35,811 nucleotides of DNA from Octopus bimaculoides (Eukaryota): positions 18,216,536 through 18,252,346 of the forward strand of contig NC_069002.1 in NCBI RefSeq assembly GCF_001194135.2, in the 5' to 3' direction. Both the position numbers and the translations under genes were made by a program. How positions within the stretch are numbered: the stretch's first letter is position 1; the number at the start of each line of letters is the position of its first letter. The notes beneath the pieces are model-generated. The model had not been told where the DNA came from, made no database searches, and saw only the letters and a program-made list of their open reading frames with translations. Shown here piece after piece: positions 23,305-34,351 of this stretch.

Positions 23305-24170
23305 ATCACTGTTTAACATCCGTATTCCATGCTGGTATGGGTTGGACAGTTCAACATGGAGCTGAGCAGATTCCAATTGTCTGTTGTGGCATAGTTTCTA
23401 CTGCTGGATGCCCTTCCTAACACCAACCACTTTACAAAGGGTGCTGGGTGCTTTTTACCTTTACAGGTGTGTTTAGGCAGCACAGACAGTCATGGGTGAA
23501 TTTTATGTGGCACCGGTACCTGCAAAACACAAGACTGTATGTTTGAACACAGAGGTTTTACTTTGCTTGATGTGTTATTTTGAATACGGCAAATTGCCAC
23601 ATCTCCCGATTCCATGTCATTTCCTCACTAAGGCCCAGCATCTAAAGATCCTTTCTCACCATCCTGCGTCTTACTGGGTCTATCCTTTTCACAGGTCCCC
23701 TTCACAATTAAAGTTTGGCACTTCTTTATGCAGCTGTCCTCATTCATACGCATCACATGACCCAACCAGCACAGTCTTCTCTCTTGCACACAACATCTGA
23801 TACCTCTTACACCCAGTTTTCCTCTTAAATCATTTACAGTGTTGTGCATGTGCACTGGCATTACCCATTCAGCAGAGCATGTTAGCTTCATTTTTTTCAA
23901 ATCTTTACAAGTCCTCTGTAGTCAAAGTCCATGTAACATAGCTGTACGTACACAGCCATCATACAATCTGCCTTTCACTCTGAGGGAGAGGCTCTTAGTT
24001 ACCAACAAAGTTAGAAGCTCTCTGAACTTTGCCAAGCTAGTTCTCATTGTAGCAACTACACTTTTAGAACTTCCTCTACCACTGTAAACTTGGTATGCTA
24101 AGTAACAGAAGCTATCTACTACTTCTAATGATCTCCCCAAACATTTGATGGAGTCTATTGTCTGCATTTT
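23305..24170 (-). mobile_element. RTE-X-like LINE 3' fragment with 3' UTR
   Basis: LEVVDSFCYL...KFRELLTLL...KGRLYDGCVRTAMLHG, LRGKLGVRGIRCCVQERRL.WLGHVMRM; UTR on the + strand reads GTTTAACATCCGTATTCCATGCTGG...GGATGCCCTTCCTAACACCAACCAC. Confidence 0.85.
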
Positions 24171-24279
24171 TATTGCTCATTTTACCCACATATTTGCCTC
24201 ACACAAAGACAATTTTCTCTGTTAACCTTCCTGCGATAGCACTACACTTCTTATGTGTACAAAGCCTGCACTGGGTTCA

Positions 24280-24640
24280 ACGTATGGAGTTTCTACCAAC
24301 ACCCTTCTTACATATCGAGCAGGTTGCATATTCTTTAGTCAGAATTTGTATAACTGTCTGTTAGGTTCAATATCTGAAGATCATTTCTCACCATTTCAAC
24401 CCCGTCTTCCTAAGGTTCTCTCTACATTTAGCACCTCTTTATGCAGCTGCCCTCTCATTCACATACATCTCATGTTCTTACCAGCATAATCTTCTCTTTT
24501 GCACATTTGATGCCTCTTGTACCCAATGTTTCTCTTAACACATTCAGACTTTGTTTTACCTATAATGGATCCAAGCCAGATATTATTCTATCAACAATGT
24601 CCTTACACTTGCTGGTAAATAAGTTTTCACCCTATTGAGA
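24280..24640 (-). mobile_element. Second, more decayed RTE-X-like 3' fragment
   Basis: Frames give LRETLGTRGIKC and TLGRRVEMVRNDLQILNLT, matching the same C-terminal region. Confidence 0.55.
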
Positions 24641-24719
24641 GCCTCCACATTGATCGAGGGGACATCACAGAAAGGGTTGGAAACTTTAGTTGGATGCATT
24701 GATGATGCTTGATAGCAAT

Positions 24720-25830
24720 ATGCTAAATTCTTGAGAACCAGTTTTTTGTACCATTTCAGATATTTTTCTTTTGCACTAATGTGTAGTGAATGAGGTTTTG
24801 TGCAAGGGTATAGTGTTTTAGGACACCTGTTATCATTGTCTTTTTGGGCTTAATCATTGCTCATCTGGAAAGAAAGCTGCTTTATTAAGGAGGATGAATG
24901 ACATTGAAAGGTCTTCAAATATTTCCTGAATCAGATAACATTCTGCTGAACAGTGTTGTAGGGGAGTTAGAATGAACGATTATCAGCAGCAACATTTAAC
25001 AAAGAGAGCAGGTGTATGTTTTGGAATTAAGTAAAAGAGGAGATGGATGTTGGTTCGTGAAGTCTAGAGACGAGAGGAGAATGACTTGTCAGAGATTTGA
25101 CACAAATATTTGAAAGGAAAGTTTAAATTAATGGACAAAAGGTGTTATCAAGTGATAATTAAATAAGATAATTGGAACGTTGTTAGATTATGTAGGATAT
25201 CTTACTAAAGAGAGGGTTAGTCTATTTGGTTGTGGACCTAAATGTTGTGAACCTAAACACGGTAGCTATCTTTCTTTCTTTCTTTCTTTAAGATAGATAG
25301 TGGCTGTAAGATACAATACAACAAATGATATTGTCTTCATAATTTATCTGATTTCCATGCTCCCATGGATTGGATGGATGGTCACTGTCCAAGCCAGTTC
25401 TTATTTAGAGTTACTGTCCACCATGATTGGTTGAAGAACACATCTCACTTAAACGTTTTAGCTTTTCTATGGTGGTATGCCCTTCCCAACATCAACCACT
25501 TTCTAAATGGTCCTGTATAAATATCATTGTGACACAGGTTCTAGCAAGATTGTCACCTCCTCAAAGAGATTAAACTTCCTCTCAAACTTATTGTACCACT
25601 GTAGAAAGTATAGAAATGCTTTGTCTGAGACCCTAATGGTCACCAGTTGACCATTGATTGTAGGAATGTCTCAATTATAAAATGCAAATTATTTATAAAA
25701 AAACAAGACATTTCACTATAGAGTGTAAAACTTGGAAATGTTTATTTCAGAAGGTCAAAAGTTGTCTGACCGGGAAGTCCAGATGGTGGCAGAGTCGGTT
25801 GTTGTATATAAAATAACTAATGATTTCTGT
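24720..25830 (+). repeat. Unit 1 of a diverged tandem intron-exon duplication (unit 2 about 26610-27265)
   Basis: Collinear shared blocks, e.g. TTAATCATTGC.CA.CTGGAAAGAAA, GTGTTATCAAGTGATAATTAAATAAGATAATTG..AC.TTGTTAGATTATGTAGGATAT, and AAAACTTG.AAAT.TTTATTTCAG|AA. Confidence 0.85.
25751..25797 (+). pseudogene. Degenerate duplicate of the death-domain N-terminal exon (pseudoexon or rare alternative exon)
   Basis: Same acceptor context as 27160; reads (E)GQKLSDREVQMVAES. The positionally homologous donor (GTTGTT) is weak and in phase 0, incompatible with the next exons. Confidence 0.45.
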
Positions 25831-25839
25831 AAAGTTGAT

Positions 25840-26608
25840 TTTTATCTGAACCTTTTTGTTTGTCAAAACGACTGACAGCAGGTTCCACATGATTTTTCAA
25901 TCTGCAAAGTAATACAAGACACAAAGAAGAATAAAAGGGATTCAAATGTTGTATGACCTGATCTGGCTGATGCTTATGGTTCTGTACCACACAAATTAGT
26001 GATGGAACCAATGAACTTCTTTTATATATGAGAGAAGATTAAAGATCTGACTAGAAGCTGCTGTAATAATTTCAAAATGTGGTTCCTGACAGAAAATTTC
26101 ACAACAGACTGACATCGTTTTGAAACTGGAATTGCTGTAGGTTGCACAATATCAATCATTTGGTTTGTGCTTGTTGTGGAGATGTTACTTAGATCAGCAG
26201 ATTGATCAGAAGAAATGGCTCGAGTGAAATCACCCAAGAAGGAATTTAATGGATGATATAACAATACTAACAAGAGACCAAAAAGGCATGCAAATAGTTC
26301 TAGATGGACTGGATTAACTAATTCTTTGGTCAAGAATGGGGTTTAAACCAAATAATTAATGCAGTCATTTGTCAAAAGGTCAGATGAAGCAAGTGAGGTT
26401 CAAAATAGCAGACGAAACAATACCAAGGGTTAAAGAGAAACCTCTAAAATGTGTTGGACGATGGTATGCTACCTCATTGTCCAGTAAGAGTAGAGGCATA
26501 GAGGTCATGGCACAAACTGAAGATGGGTTAAAGGCAATAGCTAAGCCAACATTTCCTGGCAGATAAAAGATTTGATGCTTCCAGTTTGATCTATATCCCT
26601 GCCTTGCT
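25840..26608 (+). mobile_element. HERO-like RLE-type non-LTR retrotransposon RT fragment
   Basis: IQDTKKNKRD..V..DLADAYGSVPHKL, ETGIAVGCTISIIWFVL and FKIADETIPRVKEKPLKCVGRWY..SL...DGLKAI...FPG, with stops and frameshifts. Confidence 0.75.
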
Positions 26609-27159
26609 TATAAAATTCTTGAATATCAGTTTTTATGCAACATTTCAGATTATTTTTATTGCTTTTATGTATGGATGAACAATTATATCTAGTTAATAAA
26701 ATTTTGTGAAAGCATACTGTGTTTTTGGATACCTGATATGTTTTTGCTCCCCCTCTGTAGAATTAATCATTGCCCACCTGGAAAGAAATCTGCTTCATTA
26801 AGGAGCCTTCTAATATCTCAAATACATGTGGCACATATATAAGAAACAAAAAGTACAAAGCTAAAAGAAAAACAGTGTTATCAAGTGATAATTAAATAAG
26901 ATAATTGCAACATTGTTAGATTATGTAGGATATATAAATAGGGAGAAGAGATTTAATAAGGTGAGTCTATTTTGTTGTAGACCTAAGTATAGAGCTGTTA
27001 CCTGGTCCCACTGGAGAAAGCATAAAAACGTTGACCAAAAACATAGTGGTCACCTGATGACCAGCGATGATGATAGGTAGGTCCCACTATAATAAAATAA
27101 AGATAATTAATAAAGAATTTTTACTCTCAAGTAAAAAAACTTGCAAATATTTATTTCAG

Positions 27160-27228
27160 AAACTCCAGAGTTAGAGAAGTTACTCCAAGTTGTCGCACAA
27201 CTGTTAGGAAGCAAGTGGCAGCAAGTTG
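27160..27228 (+). CDS. Internal exon encoding the N-terminal helices of a death domain
   Basis: Acceptor TTTATTTCAG, donor GTGAGT, symmetric phase 1-1, 69 nt. Encodes (E)TPELEKLLQVVAQLLGSKWQQV(G) and joins both neighbouring exons in frame. Confidence 0.85.
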
Positions 27229-27974
27229 GTGAGTATAAAATAACAGTACTTAATTGATTTCAATAAGTGTCAACTTTTGTTTGTCAGCATGACTGAGAGA
27301 AGATCCCATTCCTACTTTCCAATTGAAATGCTAGCTGTAAAGTGATTCTATTAAAGGTATTGGTATTACTGAAACTTCATAAAATATCCACCGAGATTAG
27401 CAGGATTAGTAAAATGGATAAATTAGAGGACACAATAGATTTAATATTGTCTTTTGAGAGAGCAAATTAAAATATGTCATTTAAGTATAAACTGGTAAGT
27501 TAATGACCAATTTTCTTTGTTTGTTTTACATTTTTACTAAGTTTACATTTTGTTTTTTTTTTTGCAAAATGTCTGTTTTAAACAGATTTACAATGGAAAG
27601 TGTTTCAGGTGGGACATCTCAGTCTTTCAGTTGGGAGTACAGGACTACATCATTAAGTGCATCCTTTTTTTTACATGCTTCTATGTATAGTGAGTGGCAT
27701 GTTGCAGCCGTTCCACTGTCCAGTGTCCATTTAGTTGTGAATCACACTTCACTGACATGTAATGGTTAATTGTACATAGGTGGATGATGTTTATGTTGGT
27801 GATTCCTGTCTTCTTTCCTGCAAATCAAAATTCTCCTCTTTGCTTGGTTTAACTAAACACCTCTCTATTACACTGGGTAACACGATTTTTGTTCATGAAT
27901 AACAATTGTTATTTCCTGTTTGCTTAACCCTAGAAAATATGAGAATGGCTAATATCTCCTTCAAACTTTGTTTT

Positions 27975-28290
27975 TGTCACAATATATACCTTGTAGACCT
28001 CACACATTTCAGCTGCTGTTGCTTCAGAGTGCTTTTACGCTGTTGTCTTGATAAATTCACCACAGACACAGCAGAATGTGTCTGTCTGCCAGATGCTTAC
28101 AACCTCTTGATGCCATCTGTGATGAATGCAGTTCTTGGATAGTTAGAAATAAACTGAACTGTTGATCTTACGATCCCTTTATTTACACTGGCATCTATGT
28201 TGCCAGAACGTTCTAGAAATTCTTGGAAATTTTAGTAACTTATTGATGATAGTTCTAGAAAATTCTGCTTCAGTAACTCAGCACTGAATC
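27975..28290 (-). mobile_element. 5' fragment of a DNA transposon, probably Chapaev3 (CMC superfamily)
   Basis: From the ATG at 28116: MASRGCKHLAD / TFCCVCGEFIKTTA*KHSEATAAEMCEVYKVY. This resembles the Chapaev3 transposase N-terminus as I recall it; family assignment is from memory. Confidence 0.55.
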
Positions 28291-28440
28291 TGTCTTGAAA
28301 TAGGTTTCAAAACATTGATGTCCAGGTAACAAAAGCAACGTTTGAAGGGAACAGATGTCCTTTTCTTTGATTTCTTGATGGAAGTGAATAAGAAATAACA
28401 CTTACTAATCAAAGACAACAAAATATTTAAAGTTTGTTAT

Positions 28441-28600
28441 GCAGGAGTGGCTGTGTGGTAAGTAGCTTCCTTACCAACCACATGATTCCGGGTTCAGTCC
28501 CACTGCATGGTACTTTGGGCAAGTGTCTTCTACTATAGCCTCTGGCTGACCAAAACCTTGTGAGTGGATTTGGTAAACGGAAACTGAAAGAAGCCCGTCG

Positions 28601-28671
<71 letters not shown>

Positions 28672-28846
28672 ATATGTTTGTGTGTCTGTGTTTACGTCCC
28701 CGTAACTTAGTGGTTCAGCAAAAGTGACCAATAGAATAAGTACTAGGCTTACAAAGAATAAGTTCTAGGGTTGATTTGCTCAACTAAATGCGGTGCTCCA
28801 GTATGGCCACAATCAAATGACTGAAACAAGTAAAAAAGTAAAGAGA
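28441..28846 (+). mobile_element. Full-length SINE family B with internal (TA)n(TG)n
   Basis: tRNA-like head, CORE-like CTTTGGGCAAGTGTCTTC, GAAACTGAAAGAAGCCCGTCG before the microsatellite, LINE-like tail. Confidence 0.92.
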
Positions 28847-29120
28847 GTGTTATTGATTTCTCTCTAAATCATGTCCTTGAACCATTGAAAGAGATCCTTG
28901 TAATGAAGTCATGAACCCATGTTGTCTACCAAACTGTGTTATATAAATAATGCAGTTTTTTCAATTGAATGCACTGAAAGTCAGGGGTGGGGGACGGGAT
29001 AAACTACCTGCATCAACTTGTTATAAAAGCAAGTAGTAATTTTACATTTTAAGACTTATTCTTAGAGCTAGTTTTGAAGTGTGCAGTTCAATTTTAACAG
29101 TTATTTTTTTCAAAGCTATA

Positions 29121-29663
29121 ATAGAAGTGACAAAGGAGCATATTCAGCATATTTTGCTTTATTCAGTTAGGCAACAATGCAACAGAAAGCGTGAGGAATA
29201 TTAATGCAGTATATGAGGATTGAACAATAAGCATAAGCCAGTGTCAATGGTGGCTCCAGAAATTCCGAGCCGGAAACTACAGCCTAGAAGATGAGCCTCG
29301 TCCTGGAAGATCTGTAGAGCTCGATGAGGACGTCCTACAAAAGCTGGTAGAACAAAATCCCTTTGTAACTAGCAGAGAAGCTTTGATTTGGTCATTCAAC
29401 CATTCATCGATACTTGCATGGTTTTGGAAAAATCAGCAAATTGGGTCAATGGATCACACAGAGTGAATGTGTGCTTTTCTTTGCTGTCATGTCTCATGAA
29501 TGAACCTCTTTTGAACCGAATAGTGACAGGTGACAAGAAACAGGTTCTCTATAAATACATCAAGCACCAAAGACAGTGGGTAGGGAAAGGAGAAATACTG
29601 GCACTCCAGCTTGAAGAAGGTCCTCAGACATGTAAGGTGTTGTTATCTGTTTGATGGGATATG
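29121..29663 (+). mobile_element. Mariner transposase pseudogene fragment (HTH plus first catalytic Asp region)
   Basis: EHIQHILLY..GNNATESVRNINAVY...WLQKFRAGNYSLEDEPRPGR, then LNRIVTGDKKQVLY and KVLLSV*WD. Confidence 0.9.
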
Positions 29664-29747
29664 AAGTTACGGGGATGTAAACACACCACCATTGGTTGTC
29701 AAGTGATGTTGGGGTGACAGACACACAAACACACACACACACACATG

Positions 29748-29779
<32 letters not shown>

Positions 29780-29943
29780 TACGACAGGCTTCTTTCAGTT
29801 TCCGTTTACCAAATCCACTTACAAGGCTTTGGTTGGCCAGAGGCTATAGCAGAAGACACTTGCCCAAGGTGCCATGCAGTGGGACTGAACCCAGAACCAT
29901 GTGGTTGGTAAGCAAACTATTTACCACACAGCCACTCCTGCAC
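29664..29943 (-). mobile_element. 3'-truncated SINE family B, abutting the mariner fragment
   Basis: Reverse complement of the 5' half of the 28441 copy. Confidence 0.9.
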
Positions 29944-30186
29944 CTTCAATTGATTTTTCTTTCAAATCTTCACCATTTTCATCCTGCTTTTCCACCTCTT
30001 TATTATTATTTAATTAACATTCTTAGAAACAGAGAACAATGCCTTTTATTTTTTATGTTTCTTAACTATTTCTCATTCCTCTATTGACATAGTTTATTTG
30101 TTATATTTATGACAACCTACAGTACACATCTTTTATGTAATCGTTAATGATTTTGAAATTATTTCTTATTGTTTTATGTTTTGCAG

Positions 30187-30392
30187 GTAGGAATTTAGGA
30201 ATAAGAAATGTCCAACTGGAAATTATCAAGTTAGACAATCCTCTTAACACTAAAGAACAGAGCTTCCAGATGTTGTACAAATGGTACGCAAGTTGTGATC
30301 AAGAGAGACGAACACTGGAGACACTCAGAGAGGCTCTTGAAGCAGCTGAGTGCTTTGAGGCACTTCAATGTCTACCATCAGAAGAAAGGTGA
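30187..30392 (+). CDS. Terminal coding exon: remainder of the death domain and stop codon
   Basis: Acceptor TTTTGCAG, phase 1. Encodes GRNLGIRNVQLEIIKLDNPLNTKEQSFQMLYKWYASCDQERRTLETLREALEAAECFEALQCLPSEER*, with death-domain hallmarks (W..LGR.LG, EQ.FQML..W, T...L..AL). Confidence 0.85.
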
Positions 30393-30930
30393 ACTTGTGT
30401 GTAAATGTAATACTCAAAGGATAACCTTGACTAAACAGAGACTCATGATCAAATGCCTTCCAGCCAGGACCCTCCTGTCTTTATGTAGGGAACCCAGAAT
30501 CACATTGTCCAATGTGTTCTTCTTTAAATGGTGAATTGAGGAGGATTTGGATACTAATTCTAGCAAATCTATCTACCACATAAGAGATTCCCTTCCTGAA
30601 TTGGTTCCTTTCTTCTTAGAAATTAACTTTTGAAATAGAGATAAACTTTGAAATGTTCATTTGCTGTTGTTTTTGCTGTGTATCTAAGCTCCTCCCCAAA
30701 TGCCTTCCATTGTTGTAGAGACAGTTTTCATATCCTTTCGTATATTGATAGTTATCTACCTTCATTTATAGCTGAAAGGGAGATGTCTGGTATATAAATA
30801 TTGATGTCTTTTCTCTTTATATATCATATAGGGATAGTTTTTCTATGTAATATATGACGTACCTATGGGTATTTCACTTTGTCCTGTTGTGGTGTTTTAA
30901 GATAGGTCCCTTCTAATGTGGGGGTGTTTG

Positions 30931-31078
30931 AATAAAACTCAGGGTTGGGAGTGCAATTAAGAGTTATCTCTATTTAAAATTCTAGCTTTAGGATCATTGT
31001 TAATTACTAATTACTGCAGTTTTTTATTTTTTTTCCAGCAAAAACTAAAACTTTACAGTTGCATATATAAAAAATAAA
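30931..31078 (+). terminator. Candidate polyadenylation signals for the RING plus death domain gene
   Basis: AATAAA at about 30931 and 31073 (another at about 31463); weak evidence in AT-rich DNA. Confidence 0.3.
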
Positions 31079-31478
31079 TCCATAAATTTCAAATTTATTA
31101 ATAGCTGTGTTGATAAATCCTTTCGTATTAAAATAATGACATATTTGTGATTGTGGGAAAGACACAGTGACTCTCACCTTCCAAATAACTTGTTATTAGA
31201 TTCGTTCATGACAGGAGAGAACAAAACTGGTTGAGCTGAAATTAAACACAAAAATATTTCAATTACATCAAATTTATTTCAGAAATTGATCAACAATTAC
31301 TATGAAAATTTATTAGTATTCAAACAAATTATTTCATATCAAAGTTTGTATAAAATTATTTTAAATAAATTGCTAACATTTCTTACTAATTTTTAGCTCC
31401 AAAATGTGGGAGTGAAATTATATTCACATATTATATGTAATGTAAAAGTATACCCAAAATATAATAAACATTAATTTA

Positions 31479-31867
31479 CTTTGGAGTAAAGATTATTTGC
31501 CAACATAACATGGCAGTCCTGGTTTAGGATGAATGTTGCTGTAATTTAGCCCCAGGAGACATCGTCACCAGCTGGCTATATGACACGATCTGTGTCCCTA
31601 CATTTTCAAACAAGGGAATCTAGCACCCCCACCCAGCTCAAAACAATATCTGTGTATCACATATTATACAATATCTGTGTATCACATGTTATACACATAT
31701 TGTTTTGAGCTGGGTGGGGGTGCTAGATTCCCTTGTTCGAAAATGTAGGGACACAGATCGTGTCATATAGTCAGCTGGCGAAGATGTCTCCTGGAACTAA
31801 ATTACAGCAACATTCGTCCTAAACCAGGACTGCCATGTTATGTTGGCAAATAATCTTTACTCCAAAG
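31479..31867. mobile_element. Fold-back MITE, 389 bp, flanked by TA
   Basis: Arms 31479-31649 and 31697-31867 are inverted with 7 mismatches in 171 nt; TA on both sides; the 47-nt spacer overlaps a 25-nt tandem duplication. Confidence 0.92.
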
Positions 31868-32559
31868 TACTGTTGTTGAATATCTCTCGTTGTGAGGTTT
31901 ACAAATAGTAATTTTCTAATGAATTTACTTCCTGAAAGTTGTATGAGACAATAAGTTACTGTTTATGTAAATTAATAGGAACATATTTAGTTTTAAATTT
32001 ATTTACAAAACTACAAGTTTTGAAAAACTTAGGAAATATATCTCTTTTACTGACTCCCTACAACATTAAAAAGGATAACTTTCAACTGAGATCACCCAAA
32101 ATTAGTTCCTTTACTGAGTGAGATCTTCATCTTGTTCTGCTCAAAGACTGTCAAAGTAATTTTCATGTTTTAATAGAATCCAAGACAAAATATGTTGCCC
32201 ATAGATAAGTGGTTGAATTTATCAAATAATAAAACCACAGAAAATAATGATAATGTAACTAAGGTGAGTCACAAACTTAAAGGAGTATCATGAATTCAGA
32301 AATAAGTAATCCTCTGAGTACAGCACAATTTCGCCTGAAAATAAGGAAATATAATGGATTTATTTTAACTTTGAGAAATATTGAAAGATTTCCTGTTTGT
32401 TTAATTTGAAAGGATTGTTTGTTGTCTGCAAGTATGAAGTCGACAAAAATTGGAAACATTTGAATTCAAGACATTTCTTCTATAGCAGTAAGCATATAGA
32501 AATGTTTTTGGAAGGCTGATGGAATGTTTCGGTACACAGAAGCAACCTCTTGAGAGCCC

Positions 32560-32680
32560 TATTCACACTGTAGACAGAGGGAAATACTTAATCTCTACAG
32601 CATCGGTGGAAGACTTGTGTTACCAGCTGCAATTAAAACAACAGAAATTATTCATAGAAAAACTAAGCAGATGAATTAAA
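32560..32680 (+). mobile_element. Short hAT (Charlie/Buster-like) transposase remnant
   Basis: SIGGRLVLPAAIKTTEIIHRK resembles the HTIGE.LI.PAA....EI motif of Buster/ZBED5-type transposases. Confidence 0.45.
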
Positions 32681-32849
32681 GAAAGCTTGTCTGTCAAATA
32701 ATATGGGGGGGGGGATGGGTATCAAAAGGTTCCTGGACTAGTTCTGTAGATGCACCAACAAATGGCAGCACACGGTTGCGTGAGCAGTGAGAGCTAGCAG
32801 TGACCTTTATGGCACAGTTTGTAGAGTGACATCGCTGTATTTGATTCAC

Positions 32850-34020
32850 AAGTTGTACAATTTGTGTTTTTGTGATCATGTGTATGCTGTAGTCTGCGAT
32901 TTTCTCATGGACACGAACAAAGAGCCAACATAAAATTTTGCGTTAAACTTGGGAAGTCTGCTACAGAGACATTGAGCATGCTTCAGCAAGCTTATGGCGA
33001 TGAGTCAATGGGTCACCTGCAGTGTTTCGAGTGGCACGAGCACTTCAAAAGCAGAAGAACGTCTCTGAAAGACAGGCGATCTGGAAGATTTCCATGAGCA
33101 TCACAGGCAGAAATGTGGTATTGTGCATTATGAATTTGTCCCCTGGGGCCAGACCATCAATTGACAGTTCTGCTGCAAAGCTTTTGAAGTATTTGAGGGG
33201 GGATATTCGGTGAAAGCAATCGGATTTGTGGAGCACAAGGAATTGGATTCTTCATAACAACAATGCACCCTGTCACCAAGCTCTCCTCACAATGCACTCT
33301 GTCACCAAGCTCTCCTCACAATGCACCCTGTCACCAAGCTCTCCTCACAATGCACCCTGTCACGAAGCTCTCCTCACAGTACACCTTGTCACGAAGCTCT
33401 CCTCACAATGCACCCTGTCACAAAGCTCTCCTCACAATGCACCTTGTCACCAAGCTCTCCTCACAATGCACCCTGTCACCAAGCTCTCCTTATACTGCAC
33501 TCTGTCACCAAGCTCTCCTCACAGTGCACCTTGTCACCAAGCTCTCCTCACAATGCACCCTGTCACGAAGCTCTCCTCAAAATGTACCCTGTAACCAAGC
33601 TCTCCTCACAGTGCACCTTGTCACCAAGCTCTCCTCACAGTGCACCCTGTCACCAAGCTCTCCTCACAATGCACTCTGTCACCAAGCTCTCCTTNNNNNN
33701 NNNNNNNNNNNNNNNNNNNNNCAATGTACCCTGTAACCAAGCTCTCCTCACAGTGCACCCTGTCACCAAGCTCTCCTCACAATGTACCCTGTAACCAAGC
33801 TCTCCTCACAGTGCACCCTGTCACCAAGCTCTCCTCACAATGCACCCTGTCACCAAGCTCTCCTCACAGTGCACCCTGTCACCAAGCTCTCCTCACAGTG
33901 CACCCTGTCACCAAGCTCTCCTCACAATGCACTCTGTCACCAAGCTCTCCTTATAATGCACTCTGTCACCAAGCTCTCCTCACAAGGCACAATGGTACAG
34001 ACACAATGGTACCATATCTG
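32850..34020 (+). mobile_element. Internally deleted mariner, interrupted by a minisatellite
   Basis: ANIKFCVKLGKSATETLSMLQQAYGDESM...CFEWH..FK, then GIVHYEFVPWGQTIN and WILHNNNAPCHQAL (cf. the HDNAPAH catalytic motif). Confidence 0.85.
33261..33982 (+). repeat. 29-bp minisatellite, about 25 units
   Basis: Consensus CAATGCACCCTGTCACCAAGCTCTCCTCA. The ORF track shows the expected 29-aa periodicity in all three + frames; includes a 27-N gap. Confidence 0.95.
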
Positions 34021-34275
34021 GCGAACAATTCGTGTAAAAAACTTACTGTAAACGCAAATGTCGACTTTTTACACTTATGCACTTCAGGCCACTTTGGAAA
34101 ACTGTCCACCACAACAAGGTAATACGAACCCTTCAGTGGACCTACCTAATCAACATGCAGTCAGGACCATGGAATATCTATTTTGGTCACGGTTACCATT
34201 TAGTGGTAGGTGCTTTTGCAGCTAAGGCGCAACCTCTGCATGCTTTCATTAATTCTTCAATGTCACGGTCCATTG

Positions 34276-34351
34276 TTTTGAGAATGAAATCGTTAATGAG
34301 AAGTTATGTATATTGATACATAACTTCCCATTAACGATTTCATTCTCAAAA
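34276..34351. repeat. Near-perfect hairpin with 36-bp arms and a 4-nt loop
   Basis: TTTTGAGAATGAAATCGTTAATGAGAAGTTATGTAT-attg-ATACATAACTTCCCATTAACGATTTCATTCTCAAAA, one mismatch. Confidence 0.95.

Noticed and set aside
27590-27730. Minus-strand WTLDSGTAATCH resembling a Copia protease motif
   Set aside because: A single short motif with no supporting gag, integrase or LTR sequence.
28441-28510. tRNA-like sequences here and at 7478, 19435 and 22301
   Set aside because: These are SINE heads with A/B boxes but no complete cloverleaf, and they continue into SINE bodies.
33226-34122. Repetitive ORFs of about 160 aa, or a CRISPR-like array
   Set aside because: Contiguous 29-bp tandem units with no unique spacers, in a eukaryotic mariner context.
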